From the IMG/VR virus record IMGVR_UViG_3300042197_001567, positions 1 to 64,000 of that record: a stretch of 64,000 nt of DNA; one strand, given 5' to 3'. Origin of the DNA: a virus. Shown one piece after another: positions 49,140 to 59,252 of this stretch. The position numbers were made by a program, and so were the translations under genes. Position 1 is the first letter of the stretch. Every line of letters begins with the position of its first letter. Under the pieces are notes generated by a model that saw only the letters and a list, made by a program, of their open reading frames with translations, had not been told where the DNA came from and ran no database searches.

Positions 49140-50040
49140 ATTTTTTAATTAGTTTATTTATTATAGTTCGATCCGAAATATAATCCGATTCCCAAACTAC
49201 TTCTAAATTATAACCATTATTTAAAATTATGTCAACTTTGTTTCTATCATATTCCCAAAGTTTTTCGGCCGTCATACCTTTTACTTGGTGAAAATAGTCT
49301 TTATTGTACTTGTTTGGGTTACAGTGCCAATAATCACCATTATACTCTATTATCAAATTTAATTTAGGTAAAAATATATCACAAATTTTTGTATCAACTC
49401 TGTGAGAATGTTTTACACTATACCCAAGTTTTTTTATTTCATTTATTATTTCTTTTTCTGTTTTTGATCTGTTAATTGATTTTAATTTACCTAGTCTTCT
49501 TGTTTCATTCATTTTTTCAGACATTATTTTTTTAACGTGATCTAATTCACCACTATCCCATTTTTGTTTAAGATTTTTTCTTGCCTTTTCTTTCCACATT
49601 TTGTTTGACATAGAATTTTTATTACCAGTCGCCTTTCCTTTTCTATTTTCAGATATTTGTTTTTTTGTTTCTTCTGAATGTTTTTTATTATAAAATGGGT
49701 TATTATTTCCTTTCATATTTTCAGATAAACAACTTTTACAAACTGAATTTTTATTTTCTGAATTAAAATAGTTTCTACATGTTGTTACTTGAGTTTTTGT
49801 TGTAATTAATATTATTTTTTCACATCTCGGACATTTTCTTTCAGTTACATACTTCCCATTTATTAGTTTTATCTCAATAGATTTACATCTATTTCTTTTT
49901 CTAACAACTTTGTTATCATTCAGTATTTTTAAAATAGTTGGTTTAGAAACATTAAATTCTTCGGCAATTTGTATCGAATTTCTTCCTTGTAAATATTTTT
50001 TGATGATTAACTTTTCGTCCAGATTGATCTTTTTACCCAT
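49126..50040 (-). mobile_element. Free-standing homing endonuclease, Vsr-like (EDxHD/DUF559-type) with HTH, Zn ribbon and NUMOD3 (start revised to 50040)
   Basis: IAEEFNVS..TI HTH; CPRC/CKSC; NPFYNKKHSEETKKQIS; DIF.PKLNLIIEYNGDYWH; VWESD. Confidence 0.8.
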
Positions 50041-50100
50041 AACATTTTTTATTATAAATACACCGTAAATGTCAATAGGCAACATTAACAATAGAAAATA

Positions 50101-50128
50101 AAAAACCCCACAACAATTGTCATGGGGA
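50101..50128 (-). terminator. Intrinsic terminator
   Basis: Minus strand CCCCATGACAATTGTTGTGGGG-TTTTTT. Confidence 0.75.
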
Positions 50129-50149
50129 TTACTACATTTTTTTAGTTGA

Positions 50150-50740
50150 TTAATCTTTGTTAGATATTTTTTTGATTTTAGTTAATTTACCTTCAAATAT
50201 ATGATTACCAACTCTAAATTTAAAAACTTCATCACTTCTTGTTGTTGATTCTACAAGTAATCCATTTTCTTTTAACACATCTTCAACCGTTTCTCTAACA
50301 ATATTTTTAATAGATGAAAGATCAACATTTGTTGATTGTCTTTGTTGTTGTGGTTGTTGCTTAGTCGGTTGTTCTTGTAAGTTAGAATTCATAAGTCTAG
50401 ATGCCTTTTCAACTAATTCATTTGATAGTGTCGGTCCTGAACCCATAGTTGGTTTATCAATAGGATGTTCCATCATTAATTTTTTAATTTCATCTGGAAG
50501 TTTAGAGTTCATAATTCTTTGTTCTGTTGGCATTTGATTTACCATGTCAACAGTTGTTTGCGGTCTTGACTCGGTTAGAAACTCGTTTGGCAAATTATAT
50601 TTTGCCTGTGGGGTTTGAAATTCTTGTAGCTGAACATTAGAAGTTGATTGGATATTACCACCTCTTCCCATGTCATTATGTTTTTCCATTATTTTTTTGG
50701 AAATCATTAGTTTGTTTAAAAGATCTTGTTCTGAATTCAT
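50150..50740 (-). CDS. Hypothetical protein
   Basis: 196 aa; NSKLPDEIK..M.EHPI; FRVG.HIFEGK. Confidence 0.75.
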   Translation of the reverse strand: MNSEQDLLNKLMISKKIMEKHNDMGRGGNIQSTSNVQLQEFQTPQAKYNLPNEFLTESRPQTTVDMVNQMPTEQRIMNSKLPDEIKKLMMEHPIDKPTMGSGPTLSNELVEKASRLMNSNLQEQPTKQQPQQQRQSTNVDLSSIKNIVRETVEDVLKENGLLVESTTRSDEVFKFRVGNHIFEGKLTKIKKISNKD

Positions 50741-50781
50741 ATTAATAATATTAGTATATTGGTTAAAAAATTAAATACTAT

Positions 50782-51162
50782 TTAAAATACTGCGTTTATA
50801 ATAACTTTGGTCATGCTTTTATCTCCCGCAGGATTATAATTTGGTCTTGGCTCGTTAAAAGTTTCGGTCGTAGGTTTTAAAGTTATTATTTTATCAACCC
50901 TAAATAATCTCCAACTCGGTAATGGTTTTTGACCTATATACGCCCTGTGAGAAGATCCTTCTAAATCCCACGCTCTTAAAACCGGATTTCCCGCCTTACT
51001 ATAACCATAACAAACTGGTTCTACAATTCTTAAACCTTTTCCTCCTGGTTCATCACCATTATAATAAACAATAACACGTTGTCTTTTTTTTATCGCATCA
51101 ACAATACTATCGATCGAAGCGATTTCATTCAATAACATATTATATGTTTCTAATAACTTCAT
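50782..51162 (-). CDS. Stand-alone WYL domain protein
   Basis: R.VEP..YG.......LRAW......WRLFRVDKI. Confidence 0.8.
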   Translation of the reverse strand: MKLLETYNMLLNEIASIDSIVDAIKKRQRVIVYYNGDEPGGKGLRIVEPVCYGYSKAGNPVLRAWDLEGSSHRAYIGQKPLPSWRLFRVDKIITLKPTTETFNEPRPNYNPAGDKSMTKVIINAVF

Positions 51163-51449
51163 TATGCTGAAGGTGTGGTATAGGGTTTGTCTTTTTGGTA
51201 TTCGTTGATTTTAATCTCATTGATTCTTTCAATAACATCAACTGAAGAACCTCCATTTGCCGTATCTAAAAAGATGCCGGTACCTTTACCAAACTCATCT
51301 CCATCACCTAAAGCATCTGGATTTGTTGATGAATACTTATTTTGTTCCTTATAATCATTTTTAGGAATAAGTTTTTTTCTTTGTTCTTCACCAATAATAC
51401 CAAGGTCATTCATTGGTTGACTAAAATCTAATCTCTCTGTAGTTGCCAT
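51162..51449 (-). CDS. Hypothetical protein
   Basis: 95-aa ORF, TAATG-coupled. Confidence 0.75.
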   Translation of the reverse strand: MATTERLDFSQPMNDLGIIGEEQRKKLIPKNDYKEQNKYSSTNPDALGDGDEFGKGTGIFLDTANGGSSVDVIERINEIKINEYQKDKPYTTPSA

Positions 51450-51919
51450 TAAAGTAGTTTTTTCATTATTTCGTTTATCCTTTTCAGGTGTTCTCTTATT
51501 TTAACATCTTGTGTAAATGTACTATGTTCTTTGGATGGTCTATTCATATCGGCCAACCATCCCATTTCATCATGTAATTTTGTATCAACAGGTTCTGGAC
51601 TGTAATCTTGTTTAACTTGTTTTGTAAAACTATCACCAGATCGAAGCGTTGTCAAAGTTTGATCTACCCAGCTTCTAACATAATCACCACCATTTAATAT
51701 GAAAGGTGCGTCTGTTTTATCTCCAGTATAATTATCGAACCAATTTTTCATTCTACCAAGCTGTTGATAAGTAACTTCACCACTATCTCGTAGTTCCTGA
51801 TTTCTATTGTATCCTTCGGTATTTGAATCTGCATTTTGTGCTTGACCAAAACATGATTCCAAATACTCAACAATTTCTTCAGGTAATGGAATTATATGAC
51901 CATATAAATCTTTATTCAT
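51449..51919 (-). CDS. Hypothetical protein
   Basis: 156-aa ORF, TAATG-coupled. Confidence 0.75.
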   Translation of the reverse strand: MNKDLYGHIIPLPEEIVEYLESCFGQAQNADSNTEGYNRNQELRDSGEVTYQQLGRMKNWFDNYTGDKTDAPFILNGGDYVRSWVDQTLTTLRSGDSFTKQVKQDYSPEPVDTKLHDEMGWLADMNRPSKEHSTFTQDVKIREHLKRINEIMKKLL

Positions 51920-53037
51920 TACTTAATTTTTTTTAGTAAATGTCTTAATTCTATTCCGTGTTTGTCGGCAATTTTTTTAATCGCTTCTAAATTTCTAATT
52001 ATAATTCTTTCGACTGGAGATTGACTTTGTTTTTCTTTTTCGAATATTTCTTCTTCTTTGGATTTTTTATCTAACAAAAGTTCGTCAATCATTTGTCTCA
52101 TTTTTTCTTTCCTTAACTCGACAATTCTTTGTACCCCTTCATCGTCTAATTCTGGATCAAAACCTATTGATTCACATCTTGATCTTGCGTCATATTCATC
52201 CTTAACCTCCAAACCACCATCTTTTGATTTATGGTCACTGCCCTTCCAATTGAACATTTCCATGCACCCTTTAAATGTTTTTATATTTTTTTTTTGCATC
52301 TCATCCCAACCGTAAGAGACAGAAAAATTTTCTTCATCAATTGTCGACTCACCATCTATAGACTCACCATAATAAATTCTGGCTTTAAATGGAAATCCCC
52401 CACTTGCCATTCTAGTTAGAGATGCTCTCATATCTTGTGTCCATTGAGTGTGTTGACTTCTATCCAAAATTGGAATTGCTGATGATGAAAAGGTTCCGTC
52501 AGCGTCAACAAACTCTTCTATTTCACCAGATGATTTTTCTTTGGTGTTTGATGTAAAATGTAATGATGTTTTTCTTTGTAGTTTAGAAATAAACTCATCT
52601 ATTAATCTTTCATCTGAAAAAAAACTAGTAAGGACCGCAGGTATCGCTCTAACCGCATCCCTTGGTAAAGATTTAATAAAATCTAAATCTTTTTTTTCTA
52701 TTTTAAAATCACCATCTAAAACATAATTATTAAGTGCTGTTGACAATATTTTCGCAACCAAATAGGATTCCGCACTTCCTTTTTTTGTTTCTTTTCTTGT
52801 TTTAGATATTTTTGGAAACAATTTTTCAGCAGAAGTTTTTTCTGGATTTTTCAAAATTTGAGTCACAATACTTTTGATTTCCTTTTCTTTTGATTTAGGG
52901 ACCTCAACTTTTTTTTCTTCTTTTTTTGACTCATTCAAGTTTGATGTAACTTTATAATGTACTGTAATACTATTCCCGTTATCTTTCAAATAAAAATAAT
53001 AAGGCGAGTTATAATATTTCTTGTTAAGCTCAATCAT
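51919..53037 (-). CDS. Hypothetical protein
   Basis: 372-aa ORF, TATTTAT upstream. Confidence 0.75.
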   Translation of the reverse strand: MIELNKKYYNSPYYFYLKDNGNSITVHYKVTSNLNESKKEEKKVEVPKSKEKEIKSIVTQILKNPEKTSAEKLFPKISKTRKETKKGSAESYLVAKILSTALNNYVLDGDFKIEKKDLDFIKSLPRDAVRAIPAVLTSFFSDERLIDEFISKLQRKTSLHFTSNTKEKSSGEIEEFVDADGTFSSSAIPILDRSQHTQWTQDMRASLTRMASGGFPFKARIYYGESIDGESTIDEENFSVSYGWDEMQKKNIKTFKGCMEMFNWKGSDHKSKDGGLEVKDEYDARSRCESIGFDPELDDEGVQRIVELRKEKMRQMIDELLLDKKSKEEEIFEKEKQSQSPVERIIIRNLEAIKKIADKHGIELRHLLKKIK

Positions 53038-53089
53038 GTGTGTATTTTAAATATAAATACTTTAAACTTGGTATTTATAAAGAAAAAGA

Positions 53090-55333
53090 ATGGCCGAGCA
53101 AAATATAAATCAATACGTTTATAAAAAATATAAATTAAGTATAGTTTCGGATTCTCAAGATATGTCCTTGGCTTCCGACGAAAATGACTACCAACAGGAA
53201 GTTATTTTTTCACCATACTTAATTGCTCAAACTTATGGAAAAAAATTACCAGTATTTTTCGATTTAAATGACACGTTAACGGCACAAGATATTTCATTAA
53301 CTTATAATAATTTTAACCCAAATAATATTTTAGTTTCTGCAAATTATTACACAAAAGAAAATAATAATTTTTGTGGATTAAGTGCGTCCACCGCATGTGA
53401 CGTGGGTCTTACGGGTATTGATAATGGTCTTGTAGATAAAATGGTCGGAAAGGACATTTATTTCACAAATGGTATTTTTGAAGACTCTGTAAAGTTTGAA
53501 AGAGAATATTTTGATAAAAGATTAAAATTATTTCAAGTAACCGGGCATACAGGTCAAAACGCCAAATTTTCGGGAATACCAAATTATACAAAATATGAAG
53601 TGGTGTCAAAAATAGATCCCACGGCCGGAAGATATCATGAATTATATGGTGGATTTTATCAAGGGTTTTATAAGTTGTATGGTTATGATTACGAAATTCT
53701 TCCAGAAAGAATGGAAAAAGGATGGACGGTAGAAATGGTTTTAAAACCAAGATTTTGTGACCAATATGGTCCAGGAATTGGTGAAACAACTTTAAACACA
53801 ATTTATCCTAAAAATAAGAATACATTTTTTTATATGGGTACTAGAGCGGAAAATAAGTTTTACCATTATGCCGACGGAACCCCAAAATGTTTTTCCGGTT
53901 ATACAAGAGTTACAACACCATTAGCAAATTGTGTTGAGACTTGTGCTTGTTGTAATCTAACTATATCAAATAGTAAATGTGTATATGTTTATCCGCCAAG
54001 ACCTATTGGTGGAAACTTTGATCCACATATAAGTTATTCATGTCCAACTTGTGGTTCAATTACCGGTGGTAAAACTTCTTGTGGATGTAGTTGTGGTGAT
54101 TTAGCATGTTTAGAATGTGGATATCAATGTTTTGAACATAAATGTGATATTGTAATAACCCCAACTCCCACACCGACCCCAGTACCAACTCCAGTTCCAA
54201 GTTGTGAAACCACGACTCCAGTTTGTACCCCAACTTGTACGACATGTAGTGGTGATGGTTGTTTTGAATGTTTGGACTGTCCATCGTCAGGTTTTACAAC
54301 AATACAAGACACATGTGAAAAAAACCCGTTAGATGATGTAATGTCTAATAACATATCTTTTAAAATTTGTGGAGACATAAAAAATCCAAGAATTGGTATT
54401 AAAGTTTTAAGATTTACAGGTGATTGTATAACTACTGGTGACACAACAATTGGAACTGGTGTTACTTTTACAACCGGATATACAATACAAGAATGGTGTA
54501 CTCCAGCAATATATGATGCATGTAAAGACTTAAACCCGGCATTTTTAGATGAAGAACATTGGTTTATGGTAAGTGTGGTGTGGGAAAGATATACCTATTT
54601 AGATGAATGTGATTTGTGGTATAGAGGAGGACTTGGTGATATAACTAAAAAAGAAAATGTTGAGTCCTTGGCAAATAATAGCATGTCTCTAATTATGCCA
54701 CCATATTCCAATAATAAAAAAGAAGAAGAATTTGTTGATATAGTTAATCTTAACAGTAAATGGATTGAAGATAAGAAATTCAGAAATGGTAGATTAAAAA
54801 TTTATGTTAATGGTAAAAAATTATATACAATTGAAAATTTTGAAGAGGTAATTCCAAGACCTTTGAATACGGAAAAAGAAAAACAATTGACCGTACCTTT
54901 TAATATATCGTGGGGTGGTGGAACACAAGGTCTTCACGAAAATTTAACATTTTCATCTTGCACTGGACTAACATCAAATTATATTCAAGACCCAGAATGT
55001 TTTCCAACATCATTACTGGATACAACATCACTTTCTGGGTTGACAACAAATATTATGTTGGAGAAAGAATTTGGTGGAACTTTTGAAGGAGGGATTTCGC
55101 AATTTAGAATGTGCGTGGAACCATTGAGTGTGTCCGAAATCAAACACAATTTTGATGTGATAAAAGATAGATTTAGAATGTTTGACCCATATTGCCCTAA
55201 TTGTAATACGACTTATTGTCCTTACAATGATTTTACGTATGTGTTGTACACCACAACTACAACTACATTCAACCCAACTACAACAACTACAACTTTTTTT
55301 CCAATAACAACTACAACAACAACTTTTATTTAA
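53090..55333 (+). CDS. Virion structural protein, ConA/LamG-like with Cys-rich insert and Thr-rich tail
   Basis: GWTVEM, LKIYVNG, SWGGG, FEGGISQFRM...LS..EI LamG-like strands; many CxxC; PTPT and TTTTTT tracts. Confidence 0.6.
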   Translation: MAEQNINQYVYKKYKLSIVSDSQDMSLASDENDYQQEVIFSPYLIAQTYGKKLPVFFDLNDTLTAQDISLTYNNFNPNNILVSANYYTKENNNFCGLSASTACDVGLTGIDNGLVDKMVGKDIYFTNGIFEDSVKFEREYFDKRLKLFQVTGHTGQNAKFSGIPNYTKYEVVSKIDPTAGRYHELYGGFYQGFYKLYGYDYEILPERMEKGWTVEMVLKPRFCDQYGPGIGETTLNTIYPKNKNTFFYMGTRAENKFYHYADGTPKCFSGYTRVTTPLANCVETCACCNLTISNSKCVYVYPPRPIGGNFDPHISYSCPTCGSITGGKTSCGCSCGDLACLECGYQCFEHKCDIVITPTPTPTPVPTPVPSCETTTPVCTPTCTTCSGDGCFECLDCPSSGFTTIQDTCEKNPLDDVMSNNISFKICGDIKNPRIGIKVLRFTGDCITTGDTTIGTGVTFTTGYTIQEWCTPAIYDACKDLNPAFLDEEHWFMVSVVWERYTYLDECDLWYRGGLGDITKKENVESLANNSMSLIMPPYSNNKKEEEFVDIVNLNSKWIEDKKFRNGRLKIYVNGKKLYTIENFEEVIPRPLNTEKEKQLTVPFNISWGGGTQGLHENLTFSSCTGLTSNYIQDPECFPTSLLDTTSLSGLTTNIMLEKEFGGTFEGGISQFRMCVEPLSVSEIKHNFDVIKDRFRMFDPYCPNCNTTYCPYNDFTYVLYTTTTTTFNPTTTTTTFFPITTTTTTFI

Positions 55334-55402
55334 TTTTTTTTTTCAAAATGACATTTGTCGTTGTATTTATATAAAAATAAACATTAATAAAAAAAATAAA
55401 AA

Positions 55403-58400
55403 ATGGCATTTGTAATTATTAATGACCCTATTGGTGGTCTAACGTCCACGGTAAGATGTGGTCAATCGAATACGGCGGCTAACTCATACTCAACGGTGTC
55501 CGGTGGTTTTCAAAACACATCGAAAGGAAACTACACCACAATTTCTGGCGGTCGTAATAACCAAAATAGAAACGATTATTCGTCTGTTGTTGGTGGTATA
55601 AAAAATACAACTATAGATTGTTTATCTATTGTTGGTGGAGGTCAATTAAACACCTCTTGTAAAAATTACACAGTGATAGGTGGCGGTTTTGGAAATTTTA
55701 CAAATGGTTGTTATTCATCAATATCCGGTGGTAGAAATAATACCGCATGTGGAAATTATTCATCAGTAATTGGTGGATGTAACAATACTGCAACAGGAAT
55801 TGCTTCAATGGCATTTGGACTTGATAACAAAGCACTTGCTTGTGGAACTGTTGTTTTAGGTGGTCAATTTTTAACTGGTACTGTTGCTAATCGAGTATAT
55901 GTGCCAACATTAAACATAAATTCATTACCTTCAGGTTCTTTTGCAAATAATTTAGGTGTTGACAATTTTGGTAATGTAATCGCTGGTAGAGATTATTTTG
56001 TAACTGGTGGAACTTTGAATTATAATACATGTAATTTAACATTAAATAGACAAAACGGTTCAGTTGTAATTTCAGGTTTACAAGACATATACTTGACAGG
56101 AGCAACTTACGATTCTTTGACTGGTATATTATCCTTGGAAAGAAATAATGGATGTGCAGTGATCAATGCAGGTCCATTTGTTACAAATAACACATTTGTA
56201 ACTGGAGGTACTCTTGATTATAATGCAGGGCAATTAACTTTAGATAATAATGATGGATCTAATGTTATCATAAATGGATTACAAGATTACTATACTACAG
56301 GTTTTACATTTAATAATAGTAACTTTGACTTAACAATTGAATTAAATAACAATAGTGCCTATACAGTAAATCTTGGTGTTCTAGCAACCGACCTTGGTTT
56401 AACTGGTGGTACTTACGACGCAAACACTGGAGTTGTTACATTTATTAACACTTCAGGTCAAACTGTACAAGTATCAGGTTTTACAACAGGTTATACCGAC
56501 ATTTATTTAACTGGTGGTACATTCTCAAACGGAGATTTGACTTTGACAAATACAGATGGATCTACAGTTCTTGTTACTGGATTCACTTCAATCGACACTT
56601 ATGTTACTGGTGGAACTTATGATAACAACACTGGTGACGCAACATTCTTTGATAACCAAGGAGGATCATTTGTTGTAACCGGTTTTACTACTGGTGCGAC
56701 AGATTACTATACGACTGGATTTACATTTAATGTAGGTAATTATGACTTAACCGTAGAACTTAATAATGGAAGTGCTTATACTGTGAATCTTGGTGTTTTA
56801 TCAAGTGATATGACAATTACTGGAGGAACTTATGATCCTGTAACAGGAATCGCAGAATTTACAAATAATACCGGAGGAACCTTCTTTGTTACAGGATTTT
56901 TAACTGGATACACCGATCATTATGTGACTGGTGGTTTTGTGGACGCAGCAAATAATCAGTTAGTAATCCAACAACAAAATGGTAACGTTTTAATTCCTTT
57001 TGATGATGCTGTTATCATTAATGGTACTGGATTTAATTCTGCGGTTAGAAAAAATGTGGGTAACATTGCAAATAACAGTTATTCTTCAGTTTTGGGTGGA
57101 CTCAACAATTTAGGTTCTGGATACGCATCTATAGTTGGTTCTGGTTTACTTAATACTGCTGGTAATTTTTATGGATCCGTAGTTGGTGGTGTTCTTAACG
57201 TAAGTATTGGGGGTTATGATAGTGTTGGTGGAGGTGCTTACAATACAAGTTCATCACAATTCTCAAATGTTGTTGGTGGATATGCCAATACATCATCAGG
57301 ATTTTATTCATCTATTAACAGTGGATATTTCAATAAGTCTAGAAACCAGTACTCCCATATTTCAAACGGACAATCTAACACAGCACATAGTATTTATACA
57401 TTTGTTGGTAATGGGTGTTTAAACAAAGCCGTTGGTTGTCATTCTGCAGTTCTTAACGGAAGTCAAAACACATCTTTAGGTGTTTTTTCTACCGTAATTG
57501 GTGGGTCATGTAATACTTCAGTAGGATTTAATTCTGCTGTAATTGGAGGAAATAGTATTATTGGTGCTGACTCAAATAAGGTTTATGTTCCAAAATTAAA
57601 TATTCAAACAATAGAATCAACCGCACCAGTTTATAATTTGGCAATAGATGCTAATGGAAATGTTGTTTCAGGATCATCTACAACAGATTATTACTTAACA
57701 GGTTTAACTTGGAACCCAGGTACATTTGATTTAACCGCAGAAGTTAATGACGGAAATAACTACACAGTTAGTTTGTCAGTTCTTGCTTCTGATATGACGG
57801 TAACCGGTGGTACTTATGATGCCAACACAGGTATTGTGACCTTTACAACAAATTCTGGAAACACATTTAATGTAACTGGTTTCACAACTGGATATACTGA
57901 TGTTTTCTTAACAGGAGGTACATATAATAACTCAAACGGTGAGATCACATTAACAAACACTGATGGATCAACAGTTGTTGTAACAGGATTAACTTCTTGT
58001 TGTGTGACTGGTGGTACATTTGATTACACGGGAGGTACTTTAACATTAGATACCGTAACTGGTCAAATAACAATTCCAGGATTACAAGATCATTATTTAT
58101 CTGCAGCAACATACAACACAGGTATTTTGACTTTAACTATGGAGGATGGATCAATAATTCAAGCTTCCGGGTTTGTAACACAAGACACATTCATAACTGG
58201 AGGTACTTTTGATCAACTCACAAATACATTAACGTTAGATCTTAATGATACAACTCAAGTTACAATTCCAGGTTTCCCTCAAGAAACATTTGTACAGAGC
58301 GGAACTTTTGATTCTAATTTTGGAATCTTAAATTTACAACAACAAAATGGTATTGTGTCAATTGGTGGATTCCCTACGGGGCCAGCAATCAACCCAATTA

Positions 58401-59197
58401 TAATTCCTGGGTCAGGGACTAATTCATCTTTGAGATGTGGTTTGTCAAATACAACATGTGCGCCAAGATCAATCGCTTTAGGTTGTAAAAACACAGTTGC
58501 ATTAGGTGGGGATGACTCAAATATTTTAGGTGGAGATACTAATAAAATCACAGGTAGCGTCTCAACAATCGTAGGTGGTATTAATAACGTTTCATTGGCA
58601 AGTAACAGCATTAATGGTGGTACTGGAAACTACATTGGATCATCAGGTGTTGCATCAACAATAATTGGGGGTCAAGGAAACTGTGTTAATAATACACATT
58701 CATTTATCGGTGGTGGTTTAACAAACACATTATTAAGTTGTAGATCAGTAATAGCTGGTGGAGAATTAAATAAAATTTGTACAACAGCACCAAACGCATC
58801 CATTTTAGGTGGTAGAGCAAATACAGTCTTATCAAACGCTAATGGAGGATTTATTGGTGGTGGTTCATTTAACACGACTTTAGGAAATCTTTCTTCAGTA
58901 CTTGGTGGATCCACAAATACGGCGGTTGGTGACTTCTCATCAATTTTAGGTGGAAGTTCAAACAAAGCAACTTGTGTTTACTCAAGTGTTATTGGGTGTA
59001 ACATTACATCAACTTGTTCTTATACAACTCACGTAAATAACCTATTAGTTAATGGTGGCGGACTTTCTTTAACTCACGTTATTGTAAACTCAATACCAAC
59101 AGAGTCTGACTTACCATCTCTTCCAATAGGTGCAATTTACAGATGTACAAATGATGGAAATGGAACTAACACTTCATTACACATTAAATGGCAATAA
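55403..59197 (+). CDS. Long fibre/adhesin-like protein
   Basis: MAFVIINDPIGG start; three GGxxN repeat heads alternating with D.Y.TGGT(Y/F)...LTL shaft repeats. Confidence 0.75.
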   Translation: MAFVIINDPIGGLTSTVRCGQSNTAANSYSTVSGGFQNTSKGNYTTISGGRNNQNRNDYSSVVGGIKNTTIDCLSIVGGGQLNTSCKNYTVIGGGFGNFTNGCYSSISGGRNNTACGNYSSVIGGCNNTATGIASMAFGLDNKALACGTVVLGGQFLTGTVANRVYVPTLNINSLPSGSFANNLGVDNFGNVIAGRDYFVTGGTLNYNTCNLTLNRQNGSVVISGLQDIYLTGATYDSLTGILSLERNNGCAVINAGPFVTNNTFVTGGTLDYNAGQLTLDNNDGSNVIINGLQDYYTTGFTFNNSNFDLTIELNNNSAYTVNLGVLATDLGLTGGTYDANTGVVTFINTSGQTVQVSGFTTGYTDIYLTGGTFSNGDLTLTNTDGSTVLVTGFTSIDTYVTGGTYDNNTGDATFFDNQGGSFVVTGFTTGATDYYTTGFTFNVGNYDLTVELNNGSAYTVNLGVLSSDMTITGGTYDPVTGIAEFTNNTGGTFFVTGFLTGYTDHYVTGGFVDAANNQLVIQQQNGNVLIPFDDAVIINGTGFNSAVRKNVGNIANNSYSSVLGGLNNLGSGYASIVGSGLLNTAGNFYGSVVGGVLNVSIGGYDSVGGGAYNTSSSQFSNVVGGYANTSSGFYSSINSGYFNKSRNQYSHISNGQSNTAHSIYTFVGNGCLNKAVGCHSAVLNGSQNTSLGVFSTVIGGSCNTSVGFNSAVIGGNSIIGADSNKVYVPKLNIQTIESTAPVYNLAIDANGNVVSGSSTTDYYLTGLTWNPGTFDLTAEVNDGNNYTVSLSVLASDMTVTGGTYDANTGIVTFTTNSGNTFNVTGFTTGYTDVFLTGGTYNNSNGEITLTNTDGSTVVVTGLTSCCVTGGTFDYTGGTLTLDTVTGQITIPGLQDHYLSAATYNTGILTLTMEDGSIIQASGFVTQDTFITGGTFDQLTNTLTLDLNDTTQVTIPGFPQETFVQSGTFDSNFGILNLQQQNGIVSIGGFPTGPAINPIIIPGSGTNSSLRCGLSNTTCAPRSIALGCKNTVALGGDDSNILGGDTNKITGSVSTIVGGINNVSLASNSINGGTGNYIGSSGVASTIIGGQGNCVNNTHSFIGGGLTNTLLSCRSVIAGGELNKICTTAPNASILGGRANTVLSNANGGFIGGGSFNTTLGNLSSVLGGSTNTAVGDFSSILGGSSNKATCVYSSVIGCNITSTCSYTTHVNNLLVNGGGLSLTHVIVNSIPTESDLPSLPIGAIYRCTNDGNGTNTSLHIKWQ

Positions 59198-59210
59198 AAA
59201 AAATAAACTC

Positions 59211-59237
59211 AACCCCCTTTTAACCGAGGGGGTTTTT
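59211..59237 (+). terminator. Intrinsic terminator/hairpin
   Basis: AACCCCCT...AGGGGGTTTTT. Confidence 0.65.
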
Positions 59238-59252
59238 AAAAAAAATAAAAAA

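Noticed and set aside
49126-50091. Group I intron carrying the endonuclease and splitting the GT gene
   Set aside because: No upstream exon or intron core is visible; the GT ATG overlaps the endonuclease stop, and a terminator plus promoter motif precede the endonuclease
59130-59252. N-terminal extension of the third fibre gene
   Set aside because: Overlaps the previous gene and a terminator; paralogues start at MAFVII
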